NCBI GenBank assembly: GCA_965262915.1
Contig: OZ253564.1
Location: 2,208,001-2,272,000 of the forward strand
DNA: 64,000 nt
From: Candidatus Spongiisociaceae bacterium
GTDB lineage: Bacteria; Actinomycetota; Acidimicrobiia; Spongiisociales; Spongiisociaceae
Direction: 5' to 3'
Part shown: piece by piece, positions 28,852 through 38,017 of the stretch
How positions within the stretch are numbered: the stretch's first letter is position 1
Layout of the letters: each line of letters begins with the position of its first letter
Notes under the pieces: model-generated
What the model saw: the letters and a program-made list of their open reading frames with translations, nothing else
Told to the model about the DNA's origin: nothing
Databases searched by the model: none
Position numbers and translations under genes: made by a program

Positions 28852-30219
28852 ATGACAGTGCGCCCGGCCCCGACAGTACACATCACGACGCTCGGATGCT
28901 CGAAGAACCAGGTCGACTCCGAGAAGGTGGAGGCGATGCTGTACGAGGCAGGTTACCGCCGGGCGGGTTCGGCCGAGGGGGCGGACGTGGTGATGGTCAA
29001 CACGTGTGCCTTCATCGAAGCGGCCCGCCGCGAGTCGGTGGAGACGATCCTCGACGTGGAACATGCCAAGGCCGACGATGCCCGTCTGGTGGTGATGGGT
29101 TGCATGGCGCAGCGTTTCGGCGCCGAGTTGGAGGAGGCTCTGGACGACGTGGACGCGGTGGTGGGTCTCGATCGCTACGGAGAGCTGGTGGGGATCCTCG
29201 ACTCCATGACCCCCTGGACGCCGGTGCGGCTGGGGCGCCCTCCGAGTATGGACATCCTCCATCTGGTCGACCGACCCGCGCCGACCCTCCCTTACGCGTA
29301 CGTGAAGGTGGCGGAGGGCTGCGACAAGACGTGTGCCTTCTGTGCCATCCCGCTGATCCGCGGCCCGCAGCGGTCACGTCGTCCCACCGAGATCCGCGAT
29401 GAGATCGCCGGCCTCTGCGAAGCGGGTGTTTCCGAGATCGTGCTGGTCGCCCAGGACCTGGCCGCCTACGGACGGGACATCGGGGTCCGGTCGCGAAACA
29501 CCATCGTCGATCTGCTGCGGTTCGTCTCGGACGCGGAGGGTCTGGCCAGGTTGAGGCTCCTCTACCTCTACCCGACCGAGATCCGTCCCCCGCTCATCGA
29601 GGAGATCGTCTCGAACCCCAAGTTGGCCCCATACTTCGATCTCAGCCTCCAGCACGCCTCCCGCCGGCTGCTCCGCTCCATGCGGCGGCCGGGTAGCACC
29701 ACCTCCCATCTGCGCCTGATCGAACGGATCCGCACCTCGGAGCGGGAGGCGGCTCTCCGGTCGTCGTTCATTGTCGGTTATCCGGGTGAGACCGAGGACG
29801 ATGTGGATGAACTGGTCGAGTTCCTCATCCAGGCGGATCTCGACTGGGCGGGATTCTTTCCCTACTCGCCGGAGGTGGGCACAGGCGCGGTCGACCTGCC
29901 GGGACGGATCGATCCTGCCGAGGTAGCGGTCCGGGTCCGGGAACTCACCAGCGTCCAGGATGCGATCACCTCCCGGCGCAACGCTGAGCAGGTCGGCCGG
30001 ACGCACACGGTTCTGGTGGACCAGGTGGAGGACGGCGTGCCGGTGGGAAGGTCCTACCGGGAGGCGCCCGACATCGATGGTCTGATCTGCCTGGATTCCG
30101 GCTCTCCCGGCGAGTGGGTGGATGCCGAGATCACGGGGAGCTACGAGACCGATCTGGTAGCGGAGGTACGGGGGCCTGCCTATGCGGGCGGTCCGGTGAG
30201 AGCGAGGAGGTCGGCGTGA
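28852..30219 (+). CDS. rimO: Ribosomal protein S12 methylthiotransferase
   Basis: TLGCSKNQVDSE, NTCAFI, EGCDKTCAFCAIP, APDIDG. Confidence 0.95.
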   Translation: MTVRPAPTVHITTLGCSKNQVDSEKVEAMLYEAGYRRAGSAEGADVVMVNTCAFIEAARRESVETILDVEHAKADDARLVVMGCMAQRFGAELEEALDDVDAVVGLDRYGELVGILDSMTPWTPVRLGRPPSMDILHLVDRPAPTLPYAYVKVAEGCDKTCAFCAIPLIRGPQRSRRPTEIRDEIAGLCEAGVSEIVLVAQDLAAYGRDIGVRSRNTIVDLLRFVSDAEGLARLRLLYLYPTEIRPPLIEEIVSNPKLAPYFDLSLQHASRRLLRSMRRPGSTTSHLRLIERIRTSEREAALRSSFIVGYPGETEDDVDELVEFLIQADLDWAGFFPYSPEVGTGAVDLPGRIDPAEVAVRVRELTSVQDAITSRRNAEQVGRTHTVLVDQVEDGVPVGRSYREAPDIDGLICLDSGSPGEWVDAEITGSYETDLVAEVRGPAYAGGPVRARRSA

Positions 30220-31463
30220 TCGTCGAGGTGGTGGCGGTGGGAACCGAGTTGCTGCTCGGCCAGACGGTCAACACGAACGCGGCCTACCTGGGGGAGAGGC
30301 TCGCGGAGTTGGGTCTCGATGCCCACCACCAGGTGGTGGTGGGCGACAACCACCACCGCATGGTCGACACGATCCGGACGGCGATGGACCGGGCCGATGC
30401 GGTCATCATCAGCGGCGGGCTCGGTCCCACCCAGGACGACATCACCCGCGAGGCGATCTGCGAGGCAACCGGGAGGGGCATGCTCTTCAGCGAGGAACAC
30501 GCCTCCGTACTGCGGGCCTTCTGGCGCAAGCTCGGGAGGGAGTTTCCCGAGAGCAATCTCTGCCAGGCCGAGTACCCGGAGGGTTCCGAACAGCTGCCCA
30601 ACCGGCGCGGGACCGCCCCCGGCCTGTTCCTCGACCACGGCGGGACCCTGATCTTCGCCCTTCCCGGTGTTCCGGCCGAGCTCCACCAGATGATCGATGA
30701 ACACGTGGTGCCGCGGTTGCGGGCGGCGACCGGGGCCGCCGAGGTACTGGTGAGCAGGGTGCTGCGGACCTGGGGATACGGCGAGTCGGCCGTGGCCGAC
30801 CTCCTCGACGACCTGTACCACGCCTCCTCCAATCCGTCGATGGCCTTCCTGGCCTCGGCCGGCGAGGTGAAGGTGCGCCTGTCGGCCAAGGCAGGCACGG
30901 ATGCGGAGGCACGGTCGATGATCGATCCGGTCGAACGGGAGGTGAGGCGACGCATGGGGGCCGCGGTGTTCGCCACCGACGACCAGAGCCTCGAGCAGAT
31001 CCTCCTCGAGGAACTCCGGGTCAGGAAGTGGACGATCGGGACCGCCGAATCGTTGACCTCCGGGATGCTCGCCGCCCGCCTGAGCCTGCTCCCCGGTTCG
31101 TCGGAGGTCTTCCGAGGGAGTGTCATCGCCTATGCAGCCGACCTCAAGCGGAGCATCCTCGGGGTACCCCGAGAGGTGATCGATGCCCACGGGGTGGTCA
31201 GTGCGGAGACCGCCGTGGCGATGGCCGAGGGGGCCGCTCGGGCCTTGGGGGTCGATGTGGTGGCGGCGTTGACGGGCGTGGCCGGCCCGGAGGCGCTGGA
31301 GCACCCCCCGGGTTCGGTCTTCGTAGCCGTGCGGACGCCCCTCGCCACCAGGTCCAGGTTCCTGAGGATGCCCGGCGATCGGGAGCGCGTCCGGGCCTAC
31401 ACAACCACCACCGCCCTCCAGTTGACCCGGCTGGCAGTGATCGGCGAGTGGTGGAAGGAGTGA
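30216..31463 (+). CDS. cinA: Competence/damage-inducible protein A
   Basis: VGTELLLG, GGLGPTQDDIT, AESLTSG, TGVAGP. Confidence 0.95.
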   Translation: MIVEVVAVGTELLLGQTVNTNAAYLGERLAELGLDAHHQVVVGDNHHRMVDTIRTAMDRADAVIISGGLGPTQDDITREAICEATGRGMLFSEEHASVLRAFWRKLGREFPESNLCQAEYPEGSEQLPNRRGTAPGLFLDHGGTLIFALPGVPAELHQMIDEHVVPRLRAATGAAEVLVSRVLRTWGYGESAVADLLDDLYHASSNPSMAFLASAGEVKVRLSAKAGTDAEARSMIDPVEREVRRRMGAAVFATDDQSLEQILLEELRVRKWTIGTAESLTSGMLAARLSLLPGSSEVFRGSVIAYAADLKRSILGVPREVIDAHGVVSAETAVAMAEGAARALGVDVVAALTGVAGPEALEHPPGSVFVAVRTPLATRSRFLRMPGDRERVRAYTTTTALQLTRLAVIGEWWKE

Positions 31464-32005
31464 TGCCCGGATCCGGGGATAGGTACTTCGTCGCCATTCC
31501 GCTAACGGCCGAGGCCCGGTTGGCTTTCGATGATTGGCGGGCCGGGCTGCACCTGCCGGGCCGGTTGGTCCCGCTGCAGAATCTCCATGTGACGTTGAGG
31601 TTCGTGGGTCCGGCCGGACAGGTCGAGCGGGAGAGGATCGTCGCCGCTCTCGACACGGCGGAGCTCGGCGGCTGCTTCTCCTTCCGGATCGGCGGCTTGG
31701 GCGGGTTCCCGAAGTTGTGGAAAGCCACGGTGGCCTGGGCGGCGCTCGAGGGGGATGGGGGGAAGGTTTCCGAGTTGGCAGGAGTGGTGGACGAAGCGGT
31801 GGCGTCGGCCGGGTTCGGCTACGAGGAACGACCTTTCCGGGGCCATCTCACCCTGGCCCGGATCCGTCCTCCGCGTGACCTGCGAGGGCCGGCCGCCCGA
31901 TGCCCTGCGGGGATCGACGTTCCGGTCACCGAGGTGGTCTTCTACCGGAGCCGCACGAGGGGCCGCTCCGTTGTCTACGACCCGTTGGAGCGCTTCCCGG
32001 TATAG
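31463..32005 (+). CDS. thpR: RNA 2',3'-cyclic phosphodiesterase
   Basis: Two HxT motifs (LHVTLRF, GHLTLAR) between cinA and recA. Confidence 0.9.
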   Translation: MPGSGDRYFVAIPLTAEARLAFDDWRAGLHLPGRLVPLQNLHVTLRFVGPAGQVERERIVAALDTAELGGCFSFRIGGLGGFPKLWKATVAWAALEGDGGKVSELAGVVDEAVASAGFGYEERPFRGHLTLARIRPPRDLRGPAARCPAGIDVPVTEVVFYRSRTRGRSVVYDPLERFPV

Positions 32006-32044
32006 GAGGGTGCTCAGGAATCCCCTGTTGGTGCAGCGGCCGAC
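32005..32044. mobile_element. Partial MITE-like element, copy 3
   Basis: GGAGGGTGCTCAGGAATCCCCTGTTGGTGCAGCGGCCGAC resembles the reverse complement of the right half of copies 1 and 2. Confidence 0.5.
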
Positions 32045-32061
32045 CCTCGGGTACTTTACTC

Positions 32062-32075
32062 CGAACATCTGTTCG
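32062..32075. promoter_or_regulatory. LexA SOS box upstream of recA
   Basis: CGAAC-ATCT-GTTCG matches the Gram-positive GAAC-N4-GTTC box. Confidence 0.9.
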
Positions 32076-32277
32076 TGTAATGTGGAAACAACATTCATCA
32101 ACAGATAACATGGATGTAATCGGATGTGTGTAGTTCGGTGTCCGGGGCAGGCGCCCCAAAGCCGGGATGTACCGAGCGAGGAGGAGTTCACGGTTCTGTC
32201 ACAGCCGGCCCTTACCTTGTGGAGAAGGAAACGCCACAAGTACGAGCCCGTCGGCTCGACAAGACGAAGGAGCGACC

Positions 32278-33420
32278 ATGAAGGAACGACATCAGGCCCT
32301 CGACACCACCATGTTGCAGATCGAGCGACAGTTCGGCAAGGGCTCCATCATGAAGCTGGGCGCGAGCTCCCACCAGAAGATCGAGCATATCTCGACCGGT
32401 GCGCTGTCTCTGGACCTGGCGCTGGGTATCGGGGGAGTGCCCCGCGGGCGCGTCGTCGAGGTGTACGGGCCGGAGTCGAGCGGCAAGACGACCCTGGCCC
32501 TGCACATCGTGGCCGAGGCCCAACGCAACGGGGGGATCGCCGCGTTCGTGGATGCCGAGCACGCCTTGGATCCCGTTTACGCGAAGGCCGTAGGGGTGGA
32601 CATCGACGAGTTGCTGATCTCCCAACCCGATACCGGGGAACAGGCACTGGAGATCACCGACATGCTGATCCGATCAGGCGCGCTCGATGTGGTGGTGGTG
32701 GACTCGGTGGCTGCGCTGGTGCCCAGGGCCGAGCTCGAAGGTGAGATGGGCGATCACCATGTCGGCCTTCAGGCCCGGCTGATGTCGCAGGCTCTTCGCA
32801 AGCTGACTGCCAACATCAGCCGCTCGAAGACTACGGCGATCTTCATCAACCAGCTCCGCGAGAAGATCGGGGTGATGTTCGGCTCACCGGAGGTCACAAC
32901 GGGCGGCCGGGCGTTGAAGTTCTACTCCAGCGTGCGCCTGGACATCCGGCGAATCGAGTCGATCAAGGTCGGCCGGGAACAGATCGGTAATCGAGTGAGG
33001 GTCAAGGTCGCCAAGAACAAGTTGGCGCCTCCCTTCCGCTTAGCCGAGTTCGACATCATGTTCGGTCAGGGCATCTCCTGGGAGGGCAGCCTGCTCGATG
33101 TGGCGGTCAGTGTCGGCATCGTCAAGAAGGCCGGCGCCTGGTATACATTCGACCGCGATCAACTCGGTCAGGGACGCGAGAAGGCCAAGCGGTTCCTGCG
33201 GGACAACCCCGGGTTGGCGATGCAACTCCAGGCCAGGGTGCTCAAGGCGGTGGGGATCACCGCCACCGAGGAGTCCGAGAAGGCGGTGCCCAAGTCCAAG
33301 GCGGTGCCCAAGTCCAAGGCGGTGCCCAAGTCCAAGGCGGTGCCCAAGTCCAAGGCGGTGCCCAAGTCCAAGGCGGTGCCCAAGCCCAAGTCGGGTTCCG
33401 GCAGGAAGCCCCACGCATAG
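32278..33420 (+). CDS. recA: Recombinase RecA with Lys-rich repeat tail
   Basis: [33 protein letters not shown]; AGGAG RBS. Confidence 0.99.
   Translation: MKERHQALDTTMLQIERQFGKGSIMKLGASSHQKIEHISTGALSLDLALGIGGVPRGRVVEVYGPESSGKTTLALHIVAEAQRNGGIAAFVDAEHALDPVYAKAVGVDIDELLISQPDTGEQALEITDMLIRSGALDVVVVDSVAALVPRAELEGEMGDHHVGLQARLMSQALRKLTANISRSKTTAIFINQLREKIGVMFGSPEVTTGGRALKFYSSVRLDIRRIESIKVGREQIGNRVRVKVAKNKLAPPFRLAEFDIMFGQGISWEGSLLDVAVSVGIVKKAGAWYTFDRDQLGQGREKAKRFLRDNPGLAMQLQARVLKAVGITATEESEKAVPKSKAVPKSKAVPKSKAVPKSKAVPKSKAVPKPKSGSGRKPHA
33280..33387 (+). repeat. 18-bp tandem repeat x6 encoding KAVPKS
   Basis: aaggcggtgcccaagtcc x5 plus one variant. Confidence 0.95.
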
Positions 33421-33578
33421 AAGGAGGAGACGACCGGCCGCCCCGGACGGTCTGACGGTGTGATCCGGTTCTGCGATCCTCCATCTCACCGGTAACCTGG
33501 CGTTTTGCTCGACGGCCTCGTCGGGTGGAATCTGCGGCAAAATGGTTCGATGATCTGCCCTACAGGAGCTTTCGGGTA

Positions 33579-34619
33579 ATGCCTACCGAATACCAGAACA
33601 GACCGGGTCGGAAGCGGCCTCGACGAACGCCCGGTTCCTCGGCCCGGCCCGGCGGCGGACCGCCAGGAGGGGGTCGTCGCGGCTCGAGCCGAGGTCCGGG
33701 ACGTAGACCGGCTAGAGATCAGCGGCGCCGCAAACCCGGTGGCAAGCCGGATCGGAACCCGGATCGAAATCGGGCTCGGAAGGCGGCCGGCCGGCCGGGT
33801 GGTAAGCCCGGCCGGGAGGGTGACAGGAGGTCGGGCGGGAAGTCCAGGAACAAATCAGGCCGTGGGTCGGGTGGCCGGTCCCCTCGGAGTGCGGCCGGTG
33901 GCAGGCCGGGCCGCAGGCCGCCGAGGCAACCGGACCGGAAAGCCCCCCACACGGGTGTGGGACCGGACAACCTGCCCGCTTGGTTGCGGGAAGACGTCCT
34001 CCGGGTTACCCGTAAGGATCGGCAGGCAGCAGCCCTGCGGCTTCTCTCCCAGGCCGTGGATGCCTACGGTGACGGTGAGTTCGGAACCGCCTACTACAAG
34101 CTGACCAAAGTCAAGGAACTCAGTCCCCGGGCCCCGGCCGTTCGGGAGTTGCTCGGGCTCAGCGCATACCGGATCCGGAAATGGAACGAGGCGCTGTCCG
34201 AGTTGCGGGCCTACCGTCGTCTGACCGGTAAGACCTTCAACATGCCCGTGGAGCTGGACGCGCTGCGAGCCTTGAAGCGAGGCGCCGGCGTCGAGAACAC
34301 CTGGGAGCGGTTCCTCGAGTTGGGCGGTAATGACCCGACCGATGCCGAGGCACGGGTCGTCTTCGGTTCCTACCTCTTGGACCAGGGTCGGGCGGCCGAT
34401 GCATGGAAAGTGACCGGACCGACCCGGCTTCCCCGGGACTCCAAGCCCTACGAGTTGAGGCGTTGGTTCGTGGCCGCCCGGGCCGCACTGGCCCTCGGTG
34501 AGGCGGATGCGGCAGGCAAACTCGTTGCAGCCGTCCGGCGGGGTGATCCTGACATGCCCGGCCTCGAGGACCTCACCGCCCGCATCGACGAGGAGAGAGG
34601 CCGTTCTCCGTCACGTTGA
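33579..34619 (+). CDS. Hypothetical protein, Arg/Gly-rich N-terminus and TPR-like C-terminus
   Basis: VRELLGLSAYRIRKWNEALSELRAYRRLTG helical repeat. Confidence 0.75.
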   Translation: MPTEYQNRPGRKRPRRTPGSSARPGGGPPGGGRRGSSRGPGRRPARDQRRRKPGGKPDRNPDRNRARKAAGRPGGKPGREGDRRSGGKSRNKSGRGSGGRSPRSAAGGRPGRRPPRQPDRKAPHTGVGPDNLPAWLREDVLRVTRKDRQAAALRLLSQAVDAYGDGEFGTAYYKLTKVKELSPRAPAVRELLGLSAYRIRKWNEALSELRAYRRLTGKTFNMPVELDALRALKRGAGVENTWERFLELGGNDPTDAEARVVFGSYLLDQGRAADAWKVTGPTRLPRDSKPYELRRWFVAARAALALGEADAAGKLVAAVRRGDPDMPGLEDLTARIDEERGRSPSR

Positions 34620-35039
34620 TCAGGCCCGGACCCTCTCCCCACAATCCACCAACCGCACGCAGGAGAGAGCCTCACGTCAGGGCACATGATCCGTCTGGCT
34701 GTGCCTCGGGGAGAGGCGGTGACCTTCTCCTCGACGGGGGAGTGGACGAGGGAGGGAGAAGCGTAGGAAGCGGGGGGATCGGTCGGTCATTCCTATCGAC
34801 GCGGATCGGTGGATCCGGCCTTACCTGGCTCCGGCGTGCTCGTGTCCCTGTTCGCAGGCCGGCGAGAAAGCTGTCTGCCCCGAAGTTCCGGTATCCACCT
34901 CTCGACATGTGGAACCAAACCCGGGCTGACCGAAGAGCGATGGGATCTCCTTGGCGCTCTCGCTCGTTGTCGGGCATCTCAGGGAACGGTTCGAAGTAGG
35001 TCCGGGAGTCGGAGCGCCGCCCGTCGTGTGCGGTGTCTT

Positions 35040-35315
35040 CTACTCCGTCACCCTGTTGAGAATCGCCAACGCTTGCTCACCTGCGTCGGCATAGATGACC
35101 AATTCCGCCATAGCCCTACGCTCGCTTTCCACATCCGGACTATCACTCAGTATGGACAAGACGCGATGGGCATTGGCGTAGCCGACCTTTACGGCTATCT
35201 CACTGGCCGCCTTCGCCCGATTTCCTATCCGCATCACCTCCGAGAGCGCTATGCGCGCCTCGATCAACGTTTCCCGCACTTCGGCAGCTTCCAATACGAG
35301 ATTGCGTTCCGCCAT
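35040..35315 (-). CDS. Hypothetical protein
   Basis: 91-aa helical ORF with GAAAGG RBS. Confidence 0.5.
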   Translation of the reverse strand: MAERNLVLEAAEVRETLIEARIALSEVMRIGNRAKAASEIAVKVGYANAHRVLSILSDSPDVESERRAMAELVIYADAGEQALAILNRVTE

Positions 35316-35601
35316 GACTCGATCTGCCTTTCCCCTCAACCGCCTTACCCCCCATGATACGGGGATCCGATCGGCCGAATTAACGGTCCTGGGCGAACTG
35401 TTCGACTTGATGTCGATAACGGTCCGTCGAGCATCGTCCTGGTGTGCCGAGCGGATAGCTCAGAGCGGTGTCGACGAGTACAAGTTTCCCTCCGAAGGCT
35501 ATGACAGAGAGGGAATGTTAGTGCTAACCAGCCTTACCTGTCACAGACCCCCTTTATATTGATACACATCCGCGCTTCCCCATCAAGTGAAGGAGCTGGA
35601 C

Positions 35602-35955
35602 ATGTCCAAGAACCACACAACCGTAACCTGCGAAGAGGCCCCGGCGGCGGACCGCAACGAGGTGATCCTGCGAGGGAAGCTCGCCACGGCGCCCGAGCAC
35701 CGCAGCTTCGGGTCGGGTGCATCGCTGGCCCGTCTCCTGGTGACCATCCGCCTGACCGCTCCCAACCGGACCGATGTCCTGCCGGTCACCGTCTGGGAGC
35801 CGGACCGCGAGCTGATCAACGCCATACGGGGGGTGCCCGTCGAGGTGATCGGGCAGATCCACCGGCGTTTCTGGACCGACGCCGAGGGTCGCCACAGCCG
35901 GGTGGAGGTGGTCGCCACCTCGGTCGAGTTGGGTGAGGCGCACACCGGGGATTGA
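35602..35955 (+). CDS. Short single-stranded DNA-binding protein paralog
   Basis: NEVILRGKLATAPEHR, VEVIGQIHRRFW, SRVEVVA OB-fold; AGGAG RBS; no acidic tip. Confidence 0.8.
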   Translation: MSKNHTTVTCEEAPAADRNEVILRGKLATAPEHRSFGSGASLARLLVTIRLTAPNRTDVLPVTVWEPDRELINAIRGVPVEVIGQIHRRFWTDAEGRHSRVEVVATSVELGEAHTGD

Positions 35956-36061
35956 GATGACCGGGCGCGGCTGGGAATCGTGTCCGGCCCGATGGGAAAG
36001 AGGCAGATGCCAACGTTCGGTCGGCGGCCGGGCACGATTCACGCTGCGGGATAATGGGGCG

Positions 36062-36820
36062 GTGTGGCCCCGTGTCAGCCTTCGCTGGATCCTGTTCTCG
36101 GTCCTGGTGGTGTTCGTCACCGTCGCATGCGTGGTGCTGGGGTTCTGGCAGTTCGGGAGGCTGGAGGAGCGCCGGGCCTCCAACGCGGTGGTAGGCAGCA
36201 GGCTGGGTCGGGATCCGCTGGCGCTGGCCCACATCCGGGAGGCACTGCAACCCCAGCAAGGTGTGGTAGCCGATCCTTCCGATTACGAGTTCACGCGCGT
36301 CGCCGCCCGTGGCATGCTGGTCGACGAGGGGAGGGTACTGGTCCGTTCGCAGGTGGTCGACGGTCAGGCGGGCACCCATGCGGTGTTCCCGCTCGACCTC
36401 GGAGACGGCGCCGCGGTGCTGGTGAACGTGGGGTGGTTCCCTCTCGGGATCGACCCGGGTCCGGTGGCGAGCCTCTTCGGGTTATCGGGCCGGGTCGAGT
36501 TGGTCGGGCTGCTGCGCGCCGATCAGCAGCGTCCCGCCTTCGGCCGAAGGGAACCGGAAGGGCGCCTCGAGACCGTGGCCCGGATCGACGTGGGACGTAT
36601 CCAGGAACAGGTCGATCTCCCTCTCCTGCCGTTCTGGATCCAACTCACCGAACCGGATGACCCGGACCGATTGCCCGTGTCGGCGCCCCTACCGTCGGTG
36701 GACGAAGGACCCCACTTATCCTACGCCGTGCAGTGGTTCTCCTTCGGATCGATCGCCATGCTGGGTTACGTGGCCCTGATGCGGAAGGAACTCAGGCCCG
36801 GCCGCCGGAGGGACCGGTAG
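36062..36820 (+). CDS. SURF1 family protein
   Basis: LGFWQFGRL, LVNVGWF, HLSYAVQWFSF. Confidence 0.9.
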   Translation: MWPRVSLRWILFSVLVVFVTVACVVLGFWQFGRLEERRASNAVVGSRLGRDPLALAHIREALQPQQGVVADPSDYEFTRVAARGMLVDEGRVLVRSQVVDGQAGTHAVFPLDLGDGAAVLVNVGWFPLGIDPGPVASLFGLSGRVELVGLLRADQQRPAFGRREPEGRLETVARIDVGRIQEQVDLPLLPFWIQLTEPDDPDRLPVSAPLPSVDEGPHLSYAVQWFSFGSIAMLGYVALMRKELRPGRRRDR

Positions 36821-37310
36821 GAAGGTCGATCGCCAAGCCTTCGATCACCTGCACCGAGGCCATCCGTCCGAAGACCTCGGGATCGACGTAAATCTTGGTC
36901 GAACGGTTGCCGCCCCCCACCAGAATCTCGTCGAGGGCAACCACGCGCGCATCCACGTAGACGGGGAGGTCGTCGGGCAGCCCGAACGGTGTGACCCCGC
37001 CCGTCTCCATCCCGGTCAGTTCGGAAGTCAGGTCGGGCGAAGCGAAGGACAGCTTCTTGACGCCCAACAAGCCCCGCACCCGACGGTTGACATCCAGCCG
37101 GGTGGTGGCCAGCACCACGCACACCGCGTTGCGTCCGCGCGGGCGCTTCGAGGCTACGAGGATCGCGTTGGCGGACTGTTCCACCGGGTAGCCGTAATGG
37201 GCGCAATAGGCCGCGGTATGGGTGAACGCAGGATCGATGTCGACCACCCTGAACGTGGCGTCCAGGGCGGAGAGGGTGTCGTGCACCCTGCGGGCGGTGT
37301 CGGTGTCCAT
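36792..37310 (-). CDS. YbaK/EbsC family aminoacyl-tRNA editing protein
   Basis: LSFAS, TGMETGGVTPFG, GGGNRSTK. Confidence 0.85.
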   Translation of the reverse strand: MDTDTARRVHDTLSALDATFRVVDIDPAFTHTAAYCAHYGYPVEQSANAILVASKRPRGRNAVCVVLATTRLDVNRRVRGLLGVKKLSFASPDLTSELTGMETGGVTPFGLPDDLPVYVDARVVALDEILVGGGNRSTKIYVDPEVFGRMASVQVIEGLAIDLPTGPSGGRA

Positions 37311-37408
37311 GGCGTAACCCCAATGGTGGCACAACGCGTCGGGTCGGCCCAGACGGCATGGGGGTCCGCAGGTATGAACTACAGGTACGGGCGTGCGATA
37401 CTCGTGGC

Positions 37409-37612
37409 ATGCCCATCGATCCCATCCTGTTAGACATACTCGTGTGTCCGCTCAGCAAGGCGCCGTTGAGAGAGATCGACGGGGCTCTGGTCTCCACCGA
37501 CCCCGGAACCAGGATGCGCTACCGGATCGACGGCACTATCCCGGTCATGTTGGTGGAGGAGGCGGAGCAGATGACCGAGGAGGAGTGGAAGGCGGTGATG
37601 AGCGGTGGCTGA
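37409..37612 (+). CDS. Trm112 family protein
   Basis: LLDILVCPLSKAPL...YRIDGTIPVMLVEEA. Confidence 0.9.
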   Translation: MPIDPILLDILVCPLSKAPLREIDGALVSTDPGTRMRYRIDGTIPVMLVEEAEQMTEEEWKAVMSGG

Positions 37613-37961
37613 TCGGGGAAACGACACCATCTTCGGGATGATCCTGAGGGGCGAGATCCCGGCCGACATCGTGTACGAGGACGACCTGGCCATCGCATTC
37701 CGGGACATCGCCCCGCAGGCCGATGTCCATGTGCTGGTCATCCCTCGGGAGGCTATCCCGAGTCTGGCACACGCCACAGCCGACCACGCAGCCCTGCTGG
37801 GGCACCTTCTCGGTGTCTGCGCGGCGGTAGCCTCCCAGGAGGGCATCGCCGAGTCCGGATACCGGGTGGTGACCAACATCGGCCGCCACGGTGGCCAGTC
37901 GGTCGATCACCTCCATTTCCATGTGCTCGGAGGGCGTGCGATGGGTTGGCCTCCCGGGTGA
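37605..37961 (+). CDS. HIT family nucleotide-binding protein
   Basis: DIAPQA, GQSVDHLHFHVLGGR, WPPG. Confidence 0.95.
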   Translation: MADRGNDTIFGMILRGEIPADIVYEDDLAIAFRDIAPQADVHVLVIPREAIPSLAHATADHAALLGHLLGVCAAVASQEGIAESGYRVVTNIGRHGGQSVDHLHFHVLGGRAMGWPPG

Positions 37962-38017
37962 TCCGAACCCGCCTCTTCGGTCCGGATCCCGACGGCGCTC
38001 GCATCCCTTTCAGGTAC

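Noticed and set aside
33280-33387. Tandem repeats here (and at 47132 and 56054) as CRISPR arrays
   Set aside because: No unique spacers, units too short, no cas genes.
34672-34977. 101-aa minus-strand ORF
   Set aside because: Pro/Arg-rich, no family motif; insufficient support.
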